Program-made: the position numbers and the translations under genes
The notes under the pieces: model-generated
Databases searched by the model: none
The model's input: the letters and a program-made list of their open reading frames with translations, nothing else
Told to the model about the DNA's origin: nothing
Assembly (NCBI GenBank): GCA_012026655.1
Contig: JAAILG010000301.1
Location: 1-64,000, forward strand
Source of the DNA: Hydrolagus affinis
Taxonomy: Eukaryota
DNA length: 64,000 bases
Reading direction: 5' to 3'
Part shown: piece by piece, positions 41,310 to 52,643 of the stretch
Numbering within the stretch: position 1 is the stretch's first letter
Layout of the letters: each line of letters begins with the position of its first letter

Positions 41310-42270
41310 TAAAAGCAGTAGAGAGGAAGGATCTGAAATCCGATAACCAGGAGGTAGAGTCAATATGGGCGGAAATAAAAAACAATAAGTGGCAGAAAAT
41401 ATTAATAGGAGTGCTTTACAGACCCCCAAATAGTGATCACAATATAGCACAAGATATTAATCAAGAAATCAGAGGAGCATGTAGGAAAGGTAAAGCAATA
41501 ATAGTGGGTGATTTCAATCTTCACATGTATTGTGAAAACCAAATTGGCAAAAGTAGGTTAGAGGAAGAGTTCATTGAGTGTATGAGAGACAGCTTTCTGG
41601 AGCAGCACGCTGAAGAACCAACTAGGGGACAGGTCATCCTAGATCTTGTTTTGTGTAACGAAACAGAACTAGTCGGCAATGTAGATATTAAAGCTCCTCT
41701 AGGGCAAAGTGATCACAACGTGATTGAATTTTGTATTAAATTAGAGAGGGATATAGTTAAATCTGAGGCAAGTATTTTGAATTTAAATAAGGCTAATTTT
41801 GTAGGTATGAGGAAAGATCTGGGTAAAATAGACTGGAGAATCAAATTAGGAGGTAGAACGGTAGACTAACAGTTGCAAATATTTAAGGATGTAGTACAGA
41901 ATTCACAGAGATTGCATATTCCCCTATGGATTAAGAGTACCGCTGGGAAAGCAATTCATCCGTGGCTAACTAGAGCAGTTAGGGAAAGTATAAAATTAAA
42001 AGAAAAAGCCTATAAAACTGCCAAGAAAAGCATCAGATCTGAGGATTGGGAGAGTTTTAAGAACCAACAAAAAATAACTAAAAATCTCATTAAGAGTGAA
42101 AAAATTGAGTATGAGGGCAAGTTACCTAGGAACATTAAGTCAGATTGCAAAAGTTTTTATAAATATATCAAGAGGAATAACTAGTGAGAGTAAATGTAGG
42201 TCCACTTCAGGCAAAGACGGGAGAGGTTCTAATGGGGATAGTGATATGACGGAGTCCCTAAATATTCTCT
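41310..42270 (+). mobile_element. CR1-clade LINE ORF2 fragment (APE endonuclease plus linker), disrupted
   Basis: YRPPNS, IVGDFN, EPTRGQVILDLVL, LGQSDHN motifs; stops at 41869 and 42184. Confidence 0.92.
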
Positions 42271-42296
42271 TAGTTGCCACAAGTGGTCACATAGTA

Positions 42297-42691
42297 CAGT
42301 AAAACCTTTGTTATCCGGCACCCTCAGGACCTGACTGGTGCCGATTAATCAAATATGCCGGATATTCGAGCGACAAGTTGCTGAAAATCTTCCACAAAAA
42401 AATTTACTTATTTTAAAAACATACCATATTAATAATAGACTAAATAATAACAGAATATTGTATGGATACTTACCAATAAAGCATTCCAGCACACTCAGTA
42501 AAATGATCGGTAAAAAAGCAATCCAGCGTTCGGTAAGCTTAATAAGTGCACATGCGTAAAGTGAGCATACCGCAAGTGTGCCGGATGGCTACGGTATCAG
42601 ATCTGGTTGCTGGAATGGTGAATTATATTGGGAGATACCGATTGGTTGAGCATGCCGGTTGGTTGGGTACTGGATGAACAAGTTTTTACTG
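42297..42691. mobile_element. Related pogo/Tigger-type MITE
   Basis: TA|CAGTAAAACCTTTGTTATCCGG...GTTTTTACTG|TA. Confidence 0.85.
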
Positions 42692-42711
42692 TATTCTCAA
42701 ACGAGTGGGTA

Positions 42712-43444
42712 CGGTAGAAGCCCATTTATCCGTGACTCGATGAACCAGCGCTTCCATATAACCGGCACACCAAAAAAAAAAAAGTCCCCAGTTGATAAAC
42801 CGGAACTTATCCAGAAAAATAGTGGTGGAGCTTTGTAAATGTATAAATAATAACATAATAACAGAATATCGTATTGGTACTTATTGTTAAAACTACTCTT
42901 GCGCTTCTCACCTTTGCTGGTAGATGCTGTGCTTGAAGCCATGATGCTGCGGTTGAGGTTTATAGTCCAGCGATTCTTTTTAAAATGGAGCACGCCAAGT
43001 GGGTGAAAAAAATGTAGCTCGACTTTAAAGCCATATTAGCGGCAAGCCGATAACTCTAGCCGATAACTCACATTGTCGCGCAGGTGCAGTATTTCGATTT
43101 GCCGCTAGTAGAGTCTAGGGTTATTGGCTTGCCACTAGTAAAGTCGCACAACATTAAAATCGCGCTGCCATTTTTTTCACCCGCTTGGCGTCCTCCATTT
43201 AAAAAAGAATCACTGGACTGTAAACCTCAATTAGTAAATGCGAGAAGCGAAGAAGAGGCAGTTTTAACAACAAATACCAATACAATATTCTGTTATTATC
43301 TGTTATTATTTAGTATGGTGTGTGTTAAAATAACTTTAATTTTTTTGTGGTGGGTTTTCGGCCGTGGGCCGCCCGAATATCCGGCAGGCGCTTTAACTGG
43401 CATTGGCCAGGTCCTGAGAGTGCCTGATAAACAGGCTTTTACTG
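42712..43444 (-). mobile_element. pogo/Tigger-type MITE, inverted copy of the 20360 element
   Basis: TA|CGGTAGAAGCCCATTTATCCG...GGCTTTTACTG|TA. Confidence 0.9.
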
Positions 43445-43600
43445 TATTTTTAACCAAAAATATATATTTCACCACTGTATATAAATCAGGATTTTTGGTA
43501 TAAAACAGTGACCTTTACAGAACATGGTCAGAACTGATGAACTTTTCCCTATAAAATGAAAGTTTCAGTGTGTGGTAATAGTATTTGTTTTGCATTTCAG

Positions 43601-43753
43601 CCAAAATAGCCTGGAAGAGAGCTGTAAAAGGAGTTCAGGAAATGTGTGATGCATGTGAAGCCACATTGTTTAACATCCATTGGGTCTGCCAGAAATGTGG
43701 ATTTGTGGTCTGCCTGGACTGCTATAAGGCAAGGGAAAGCAAGGGTTCCAAAG
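43601..43753 (+). CDS. JMJD1C: JMJD1C exon 13 (C6-type zinc finger)
   Basis: tttcag|CC...AAAG|gtcagt; 153 nt; [40 protein letters not shown]. Confidence 0.96.
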
Positions 43754-44716
43754 GTCAGTTTCTGAATTGATTTATGGTTTTAAAAATGCAAGAAATGCAT
43801 GATGGCAGTTTTAGTTACTTTCTTCCATACTGAGAAATCATTCCATGGGAATGTGTTATGTTTTGAGTTCACAAAAGGCCGTAACATTGGTGTGATTTTA
43901 TGAAAATTATAAAAAGATGTGTAAAACACTTCAGTGGAACTTATTACCTGTTCATGGATGTGGCAGAAATGTAATGTTTTAACTTGAGCTTTGGGCTTTA
44001 CATTGGAACTTGCCAGATCCATAAAGTGAAGCATTTTATAGACGAGTTTAGTTCCTTGCCCTCTCAGAATTTTAATCCTGTTATTTTTGGATATGTCCAT
44101 TTATATCCTAGCAATGAAATGTTAAGTCAAACAGAAATTAGCTGGTATAATTTGGTGAATATATTATGCTTTAAACATTCGTGAATATTTTGAAAACTTG
44201 CATCTTTTTGCATCCATCATCTAGTCCCCAGCAGCAATGTCCCTCTGCTGCTATTAAAAAATCAGCTGGAGGAGGGAAGAAATTAGAAGACTTTTTTTTA
44301 AAAAAGACCCATATTGCAAACAGATTCAATTTTTCAGGATTCCTCTCAACTCTGGCTTCATATTTTGTGAATGCTACCCACATTTCAAGTATCAAAGAAC
44401 GGAGTGAAAAAGTTTCTTCTTGAAGAAGTTATTAGGAGTACGATTGCTGAGGCAGCAGAGTCTGATTTGACTTTGGCTGCCAAGTTTCTTGTGCACATAG
44501 GAACTGGTGGAAGATGAGTCAATGTAATTAAATGAAAAGCATGAGTAATTTTCACCTGTGCCAAGATTCACATTTTCACTGGTTGCTGAAGCTGCCAACC
44601 TAAGTGAAGTTATAGGAAATTTAAATTTGTGGGGAATTTTCCAGGCAGATAAATTAATGTGTTATAATTTTAAAAAGCTTATAACTTTCCATTTTTTAAA
44701 AATCTGTATTTTTCAG

Positions 44717-44809
44717 AAGTTAAAGACCTTTATGTTTGGCTAAAATGTGTCAAAGGCCAAGTTCATGATGCAAAGAGCCTAATGCCCACACAGATTATTC
44801 CTGGTAGTG
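44717..44809 (+). CDS. JMJD1C: JMJD1C exon 14
   Basis: tttcag|AA...AGTG|gtaagt; 93 nt (cagaag NAGNAG allows a 90-nt form from 44720); LYVWLKCVKGQVHDAKSLMPTQIIPGS. Confidence 0.93.
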
Positions 44810-45132
44810 GTAAGTGTGTAATTTTTATTTAATTTGGACTTGCATTCTATAATGAGTAGAAACGTAACAAAATGTTTTTATACAGTGTGGAATAGTGTTA
44901 CTTGTAAAAAAAAATGTTTTGTTGTTTCTCATTGAACCTTTATTTAATTTATACATTTCTTATCTCTAACATACCATCCAAATAAACACCATATGTTTTT
45001 ATTCTGCATTGATGGTTTCTGAACAACATAGAAAACAATTTTGAAAATTACGAGAAAATATATCACTTTGTGTGTTATGGTCTGCCTCACCAATATTTAT
45101 TTACATTACACATGATGGTATTCTTGGTACTA

Positions 45133-45738
45133 CAGTAAAACTCGCATGAATCGTAACTTTAACTTAAACCGTATAATCTCCAAAGTCATACACTTGAGTC
45201 CCACTCAGTTTCCTATCAAAACCACCTAGATTTCTTTGCATTAGTCATGTTAATCATCTCCTAGCTCGTAACACCACTCCTTTATCCTCCATTACTCTCA
45301 CAATTACTGAATTGTATTGAATTGCGAGAAATACAGTCTTGATCTGTCTTGCTGCATTTTGTTCATTGAACTTCATTTCCTGCGATTCAATGATTCTCAT
45401 ACTTGTCAGTCAGTGCTGGATATCTGGAGACAGATGAATACAACAAAATTACATTTGCATAGATCCTTTTACATTGGGAGGACGTCCCAAAGTGCTGGAA
45501 TACTCATTGAATCACAGAAATCTTACTCTTGACCCTTTACCGCATGTGCAATTACCGGCTGCGTTGAAGAAAGCACCACATTTGCACTCACCAGTTTCAT
45601 TGAATTATGCACATGCGGTGTAAATTATTAATTAAATCAGAGTTTTCACAGCTTATACAGTTTGCCTGCAACTCAAACTTTACCGATGTGATGCTAAATG
45701 TTGTGGTCCTGACTGATGCGACTTATGAGTTTTATTAG
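45133..45738. mobile_element. Old degenerate Tigger-like element
   Basis: TA|CAGTAAAACTCGCAT at left, degenerate atgagttttattag|TA at right. Confidence 0.45.
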
Positions 45739-45880
45739 TAATTTGTAATAGTTTGTATAAAGTTTCTGAACAAGTTAGTACAAGTTATTTTCAATGTGTT
45801 GATTTCATTTTGTTTTACTCTGATGTCCAGGTCTTTTCTGTTCTGTAAAGCATGTTTTTTCCACAAATTGTCTATTTTAG

Positions 45881-45999
45881 TCTTTGCCGACCTTAGTGAT
45901 ATGATGAATGCCTTCAGAAACAAGTGGGAAATCATTGCACATACCAATGAACAAAATATCCAACTTGTCAAACTCTCAACAACTAACGGAATTTCACAG
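45881..45999 (+). CDS. JMJD1C: JMJD1C exon 15
   Basis: ttttag|TC...CAG|gtacag; 119 nt; VFADLSDMMNAFRNKWEIIAHTNEQ...TTNGISQ. Confidence 0.9.
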
Positions 46000-46759
46000 G
46001 TACAGTGGAAATGAGACCTTTAGGAATATTCTTAGAATAGCGTTTTTCAATATTCATATTATTTCATTGCAATGTATCGATTTGTGGATATAAATATTAA
46101 AATCCCTAACTAGATTGATTTACTTGCAACTTAGTGCATATGGGTGAAGCGGAAGAAGAGAAACTCGTGGTAATCTGTGAACTCAGTATTAATTTGAAGG
46201 TTTCAGCAATTATAATTGAGGGGTTAATTGTGTAGATGCAAAGTAGATACTTAGCTCAAGGTGACACATTAGACCAGGAGCAGTTTAATTTTATTGACCA
46301 ACTGGGACAATTAAAACGGAAGGTGAATGCACAGTAGAAGCATTTACGCAAATATTGAGGTTTTCCACAAAAATAAAGATAACTACTTGGCAAATGCTGG
46401 CATGTGGTATTCTGCTAGAAATGTTTACTGGATCCATTGAAGTGGTTCCTATGATTGTTTTCCTTCAGATAGATTTGATATTGTAAAACAGTTGCATTGA
46501 ACAATTAAAATATAGATCTGCAAACAAAGACTAGACAAGTTAAGATTCAGTTTGGCTGTCTTTGGAGTCTGTGATCAATAAACTAATGTTGGGGAAACAA
46601 AATTAAGTATCTCTTAATTATCTCAGTATCTCAGGTACGTGTCCTCCAAGCCAGTTTAACCCTAGGGAGGATTACTGAGGAAACCTGTTGTCGCTTACCT
46701 TTTTGTAAAAAAAACAATTACTTCAGTCAGTGAGTTTCAAATTTTTATTTTTACAACAG

Positions 46760-46880
46760 GTTCTACAGAGCGTTCTAAATCACAACATGAACATCACAGC
46801 AACAAAACAAAACAGTACTTCTGAGAAGCTAGAGACGAATGGCACTTCCACCAACCCTGCGAATGAAGTCACTTCCGAAA
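46760..46880 (+). CDS. JMJD1C: JMJD1C exon 16 (apparently 3'-shortened)
   Basis: caacag|GTT...GAAA|gtaagt; 121 nt, phase 0/1 fits exon 17; VLQSVLNHN...; read-through hits TAG at 46901. Confidence 0.85.
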
Positions 46881-46954
46881 GTAAGTTTGTAACTGATTCT
46901 TAGCCCTCTCTCAGCACAGTCAGGGAAGAAACAAGAATCTGCCTGTAGATTTTG

Positions 46955-47070
46955 GTAGAATATTTCGCCCACATAAATCTATAGTCAATTCACCTTACAG
47001 TATTTTCTATGAAGTGCTTTGAGACATCTCCAAAGACATAAGGTACAATATCAAATGTAAGGATTATTAT
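46955..47070 (+). mobile_element. SINE 3' fragment just downstream of exon 16
   Basis: atagtcaattcaccttacagtat...atcaaatgtaaggattattat. Confidence 0.8.
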
Positions 47071-47495
47071 GTATTTTTGTAGTTATGCATTCATAAGCGC
47101 TTCTTTCTTTATGTGAATCAAGATTTTGCTAAAGGTGATCATTTCTGGATCAATGCACCTAATGCTATTGTTGAGATCTGCAGTTCGACAGTGATTTGTA
47201 GACTACCATGCCTGTTTTTGCCTAATCTGTGCTGCTTGCCTCACTCTGCCCTCCCATGTTGAAAGATATACATTCCTGATTGAAAGTCATGGGTAAACAA
47301 TACTAAGGAGACTAATTCAGATGCTGGGCAGATGGCAGTGAGGAAGTTGATATGTGGACATTGATGGCATTCCCTACAGACTCTTTTGCATGATTTTTAA
47401 ATGTTTTCTTAACCAAAATAAGATTACGAAAAGAAACAATAAAGAACTGGAGGGCACACAATACAGCATTTCTGTTTCTTTTGATTTGGCTACAG

Positions 47496-47710
47496 AAACC
47501 AAAGAATTATCTCTCCCGAAGACAGTGAAGATTGAATTAAATCAAGCAGACAACGCCGATTCACTGAATTGCAAAGCTTCAACTGTTTGTCTCAGCAGTG
47601 AGCGCGGTTCAACCTTGCGAGATTTACTGACCACAACAGCTGGCAAATTGCGATTAGGTTCAACCAATGCTGGCATTGCATTTGCCCCAGTGTTCTCTGC
47701 AGGGACACCT
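47496..47710 (+). CDS. JMJD1C: JMJD1C exon 17 (LxxLL motif LRDLL)
   Basis: ctacag|AA...CCT|gtaagt; 215 nt; GSTLRDLLTTTAGKLRLGSTNAGIAFAPV. Confidence 0.95.
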
Positions 47711-47797
47711 GTAAGTACTGAATAGATTTTAAGTGATCATTTACTGGTGAAGTTGATTTATTTAAAATGACTTGCTCTGTCAAAAGTGACTTGCTCG

Positions 47798-47865
47798 ATC
47801 AAAGAGCCGGCACAGACTCGATGGGCCGGATGGCCTCCTTCTGTGCCATAACATTCTATGATTCA
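47798..47865 (+). mobile_element. CR1-type LINE 3' tail
   Basis: gatgggccggatggcctccttctgtgccataacattctatgattc. Confidence 0.7.
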
Positions 47866-48256
47866 ATGAAAATAAAAATAATTACCCGCAAAATTGATCA
47901 ACTATCAGTTCCCTCTGTTGCAAATGTGAAAGCGTATTAAACTTTTTCATGTTTTTGATGCTTTGGACACTGGCCTTGACCCTGGGCTTGACATTGGTAT
48001 CAAGATGGGAGTGTGACAAACCAACAACTGCCAACTCCATGTTACACAACATCAGTCAAGTCGCTGTCGCTTGCCTCAGCCAGCAATTGGACATGGGGTG
48101 TATGGTGACCAGAGATGATGTGATCTGTGTGTGTGCCATCTGTTACAGACTGTTTGTGTGGTGCTGATTTGCAGTGTATGACTGACTACACACTGTCAAC
48201 GATTTGACATTTTCTTATACATTTTGCCAGAATGTTTTGTGTTTAACAGAGTCATA

Positions 48257-48548
48257 CGTGGAGTCCTGTAACTCAGAAGTTTAGAACACTCGCCTCACAA
48301 GTGAAAGACCTGGGTTCCATTCCCAGCAGAGCAAGTCTTCTTACTTCACATCCCTGATAATAATCCTGCACAAGAAAAACACTAATAAATTTGTCACTTC
48401 AATCCATGCCTGTTCATGGGAAACTGCTATGCGCAATTGGCTGTTGCATTTTGCCCACAAATATACAGTCATTTCACTTTACAGTATGTTCCGTGAGACG
48501 TCTAGAAGACATGAAAAGCGGTATATCAAATGCAAGGATTATTACTAT
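48257..48548 (+). mobile_element. Full-length tRNA-derived SINE
   Basis: gtggagtcctgtaactcag... plus family tail. Confidence 0.9.
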
Positions 48549-48815
48549 TTTGAGTACCTGAATTTGAAGTTTTCTGAAGATATTCCAGTTTATCAGATTC
48601 TAGGACTCATTTGAGTTTGATAGATTGGTACCATCTGCATTAGTTGAAATAATCTCAATAGCCATTGCTGTTTTTACCAGATTTAAAGATATTTAAGAAT
48701 ACGTATCAGATTTTCTGTTTAACTCAAAAGCATTAGTAAATTTGTTTGTCTTAATTGCTTTATCTATTATCTTGATGTGCATTTGGTAATGTTACCTGTG
48801 TTTATTTCTTTTTAG

Positions 48816-49097
48816 ACTGGCAGAGGTGCAAGGAATGTGCCAAACATCTTAGATGATATCATTGCATCAGTAGTAGAAAATAAGATCCCACCAAGTAAAA
48901 CTCTAAAGCTAAGTGGAAAAGAAGAAACAAAAGAAAATGAGCAAGGAGGCATTAAAAATCTCAATTTGGATGAGGTTAGCAAAACTCATGCTGCAATTCC
49001 ACATTCTTGGCTGTGTGACGGGCGCCTGTTATGGCTACAAGATCCAAGAAACCACAGAAACTGGAGGATATTCAGAGAATGCTGGAGACGAGAACAG
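48816..49097 (+). CDS. JMJD1C: JMJD1C exon 18
   Basis: ttttag|ACT...CAG|gtcagc; 282 nt; PNILDDIIASVVENKIPP...PHSWLCDGRLLWL...NWRIFRECW. Confidence 0.95.
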
Positions 49098-49202
49098 GTC
49101 AGCAAAATATCAGAAAGTTATTGTGAATGGATGACTAATGTTCCTTTTCCCTTCTGCCCTCTCCTATACGTTATTTAAATTAAATGTTGTGATCTGTTTC
49201 AG

Positions 49203-49374
49203 CCTGTTTTGGTGTCGAGTGTGCACAAGAATCTAAATTCCAACATATGGAAACCTGAAAGTTTTAGGCAAGAATTTGGAGAACAGAAGGGTGACCTCGT
49301 TAACTGCAAAGATGGTACTTTAATTTCCAATATCAAAATCCAAGACTTCTGGGATGGTTTTGAAGATTCAGCAA
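49203..49374 (+). CDS. JMJD1C: JMJD1C exon 19
   Basis: tttcag|CCT...GCAA|gtatgt; 172 nt; PVLVSSVHK...FWDGFED. Confidence 0.95.
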
Positions 49375-49621
49375 GTATGTACTTTTCATATGACTGGGCT
49401 AAAGTTTGCTCTGGTTATTGGCAATATGTAAGCTGAAATGATCATAGCCAACATACTGCTGATTTAGAATCCTGGTTTTGCTTGGCACAACTATTTCATG
49501 ATTAATAAATCATGTGGGCAAAAAATATATAAATGAGATATTTAAACATCTTTGCAAGGCTAGTATAATTTAACCTCTCTAAGTTTGTACATTTATTTAA
49601 TTTTCCATTCAATCTTTATAG

Positions 49622-49712
49622 AACGATTAAAGAGCAAGACCGGGGAGGTTATGTTACTGAAGCTGAAGGATTGGCTTTCTGGTGAAGAGTTAAGAACCAT
49701 GATGCCTTCAAG
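49622..49712 (+). CDS. JMJD1C: JMJD1C exon 20
   Basis: ttatag|AA...AG|gtaaaa; 91 nt; KRLKSKTGEVMLLKLKDWLSGEELRTMMPSR. Confidence 0.94.
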
Positions 49713-50196
49713 GTAAAAGATAACTAACAGTTTAAAATGTATGTGTGTTGTGTTTTCTTTAATTGGCCATATTGGCTGAACGTACTTAAAGTGCTGTTTG
49801 AATTCTACCCCAGACCATTCTCCAAAAGACAGAGTGACAAATATATTCCTAGACTTCTGTCCATAACACTGTATCAGGAAATGCCCACTCCATCTCTCCT
49901 CCTCTTATCTAGAACGATATCTAGTATTTTGAATCCACTTATCCTATCTACTTCAGTTGCCTTTCTTGGACATTCTTTTACCAGTCATATGGTTGTGATT
50001 AAATTCCCTATTTATTTCTGTTCTAATTCGTTCTCCAGATTTTTTTTAACCACAAATAATACCAAGTTTATCTTAATTTTTCCATCATAATTTTGGATAC
50101 ATTAAGTCACCTTAAGTGTGTTTTCCAGTGAATAACTCTGTATTAATGAAGGACTATAAATCTGATGTTTACACCTCAACCATTATTTTCTTTTAG

Positions 50197-50327
50197 GTAT
50201 GAAGATTTAATGAGAAATTTACCACTGCCAGAGTATTGTAATCCAGAAGGAAATCTGAATTTAGCTTCCCGTTTACCAAATTTCTTTGTGCGGCCAGATT
50301 TAGGGCCCAGGTTGAACTGTGCATTAG
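50197..50327 (+). CDS. JMJD1C: JMJD1C exon 21 (JmjC domain)
   Basis: ttttag|G...TTAG|gtatgt; 131 nt; [44 protein letters not shown]. Confidence 0.96.
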
Positions 50328-50414
50328 GTATGTATAAAACGCATTGTTCTATCACTAATAGCATTTGTTTTTATATGGATGGAAAATATTAATTTGTAAA
50401 TAATTAAATCACAG

Positions 50415-50531
50415 GACAGACCACAGCTAAAGACTATGGAACTACCAACCTCCACCTAGATATTGCTGATGTTGTCAATATTCTTGTCCATGTTAGTGTA
50501 CCGAAAGGAAGTGGCAATGGTCATAAAACAG
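50415..50531 (+). CDS. JMJD1C: JMJD1C exon 22 (JmjC HxD motif)
   Basis: tcacag|GA...ACAG|gtaaaa; 117 nt; GTTNLHLDIADVVNILVHV. Confidence 0.93.
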
Positions 50532-51081
50532 GTAAAAAATTTAAAGTTTCAGTTATTCTTTTATGTAGATGCTATAATCAATGCAAGGATTATTATTACT
50601 ATTATTATTATCTAAATCAGATGAATTTCTTTTAGAATTTATTCCTATAAAGTTTATAGCTGTCTCACCAATCTATAAATTAGACGAAGTTATGAAAATT
50701 ACAGAAACAAAGTATTGCAGAACTGGTGTCTACATAACAGTAAAACATTGCTTTAGCATTGAAATAGAAGTTTCTGTATATTAAAGGCCATCATAAAAGA
50801 ACAAGATTGTGGGAACACGTTAAGAATTTATGAAAAGTAACTGACAATGTTTACAGAATTTACCTTGTGTTTACCTTGGAGCTAACGCACACATAGCACA
50901 GAAATTTAATATTAGTAGATTAAAAACAATCCCTGAATTTTGAAACCAAAAAATGTAGCTGAATATATATTTACCATAAGTTTATTACCATACTTTCTAG
51001 GGCCACCAGCAGGTAGAATTTGGTATTTATAGAATCAAATTGGGGTGCTGGAGTGTAACTGAACAAAAGAGCAACATAGTA

Positions 51082-51290
51082 CAGTAAAAGCCCATTTATC
51101 TGTACCCGTTCAACTGTAACTTCCGTATAACCGGCACCTCAAAAAAGGTCTGCATTCGATTAACTGGAATTTATCTGGCACAATGTATATTTAAAAACAT
51201 TTTTCTTGATGTTTTCAGCCGAATATCCAGCAGGCGCTTGAACCAGCATTGGCCAGTTCCCTAGGGTGCCAGATAAACGGGCTTTTACTA
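51082..51290 (-). mobile_element. Short deletion-derivative MITE, same family
   Basis: TA|CAGTAAAAGCCCATTTATC...GATAAACGGGCTTTTACTA|TA. Confidence 0.88.
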
Positions 51291-51526
51291 TATTCTGATA
51301 AACTCAATAAAATTAAACATCTTCAAGAACATCAGAGAATTTTATATCAACTTTTGACATTTGCATTTATAGTATTAGTTGTTGGATATAAGTTTCTGAA
51401 TATTAGTTCCAAGATCGTCATTAATTATGGTAAACTAAAATTATATAACTAACAGACTGTAATAAACTTTTAAATGGTCTAGATTTTGGAATGCAGCATT
51501 CACAATGGTGGACTTGTATTTTTCAG

Positions 51527-51666
51527 CCATTTGGAAGAGAATTGAGGAAGAAGAAATGGATGAAAATACAAAGAAAAGGTTGAAGGACTGTGGTGAAATT
51601 CCTGGTGCTTTATGGCATATTTACTCAGCCAAAGATGCAAAGAAAATAAGGGAGCTTCTACAAAAG
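51527..51666 (+). CDS. JMJD1C: JMJD1C exon 23
   Basis: tttcag|CC...AAG|gtgagg; 140 nt; [10 protein letters not shown]...KIRELLQK. Confidence 0.95.
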
Positions 51667-52478
51667 GTGAGGCGTAACATTGATAGCAATTAATTGTTAG
51701 GCAAAGATGCCTTTACAACAACAACTAAATTACATTTATAGAGCGCCTTTCACGTCGGGAGGGCATCCCAAGGCGCAATTACCTACAACAGGGGGCGGGG
51801 GTTAAAAATAATTTAAACCCATTAAACACTTGCAGTTATCTACATCAATCGAGCATTTTAAACTAGGACACACAGATAGTTGTGTCTCGAGTTATATGGG
51901 TAGAAAAGTGTACCTCTTTGACCACATTTGTGGTTAACTCCCCCCTTTCTAACCCTGTTTCTGTGCAGTTCTTTGAAACTATCCTAACACTATCAACAAA
52001 TTATTGTTGTTGTACTAATTAAATTTGAATTGGTTGTAATTGAAGTAAAGGAACAGAAAATATTGAGACTTCTTAAGGATAGATGCCAGGAAGTATTTAT
52101 TTTCTCAGAAGTTAATAAATGGTTGGAATTAGCTTCCAGAAACAGGTGGCTGAGGCCAGAACACTGTCTTCTTTAAGAAGATGGTGGAGCTTGTATTCTG
52201 GAGAGATGAGAACAAGGGGCTGAAGAGACTTGCAAAACTCTTTTGTTGTGCTGTCTGATGAAATACTTTATCTTTACTAACAGAATACTATTTATGTTAG
52301 TCTAATCTATGCCTTAATTTCAAGCAATCAAGTAATCATTTCTTATGGAATGTGCTGCAACCTGAAATTATGTTTTTCCACTGGAAAGATTTATAATTGA
52401 GACACTGGTTTATGGCTAAGGTAGGTATCAATGCATGAATAATGAAAATTGTTCCTTTTTTTTGTGCCTCTCACAAAG

Positions 52479-52643
52479 GAACGGGGTCAAGAATCAGTTG
52501 AACATGATCCAATCCGTGATCAGAGCTGCTACATGAACAAGAAATTGCGTCGGAAGCTTTACGAAGAATATAGAATACAGAGTTGGACCATCTTTCAATT
52601 CTTGGGTGATGCAATCTTCATACCAGCAGGGGCACTGCGTCAG
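52479..52643 (+). CDS. JMJD1C: JMJD1C exon 24 (distal metal-ligand position is Arg)
   Basis: cacaaag|GAA...CGTCAG|gtaaac; 165 nt, phase 0/0; [11 protein letters not shown]...[16 protein letters not shown]; start set at the first AG after the poly-T tract. Confidence 0.9.

Noticed and set aside
52638-52640. Possible restoration of His by RNA editing
   Set aside because: CGT->CAT needs G-to-A, which neither ADAR nor APOBEC performs on the sense transcript.
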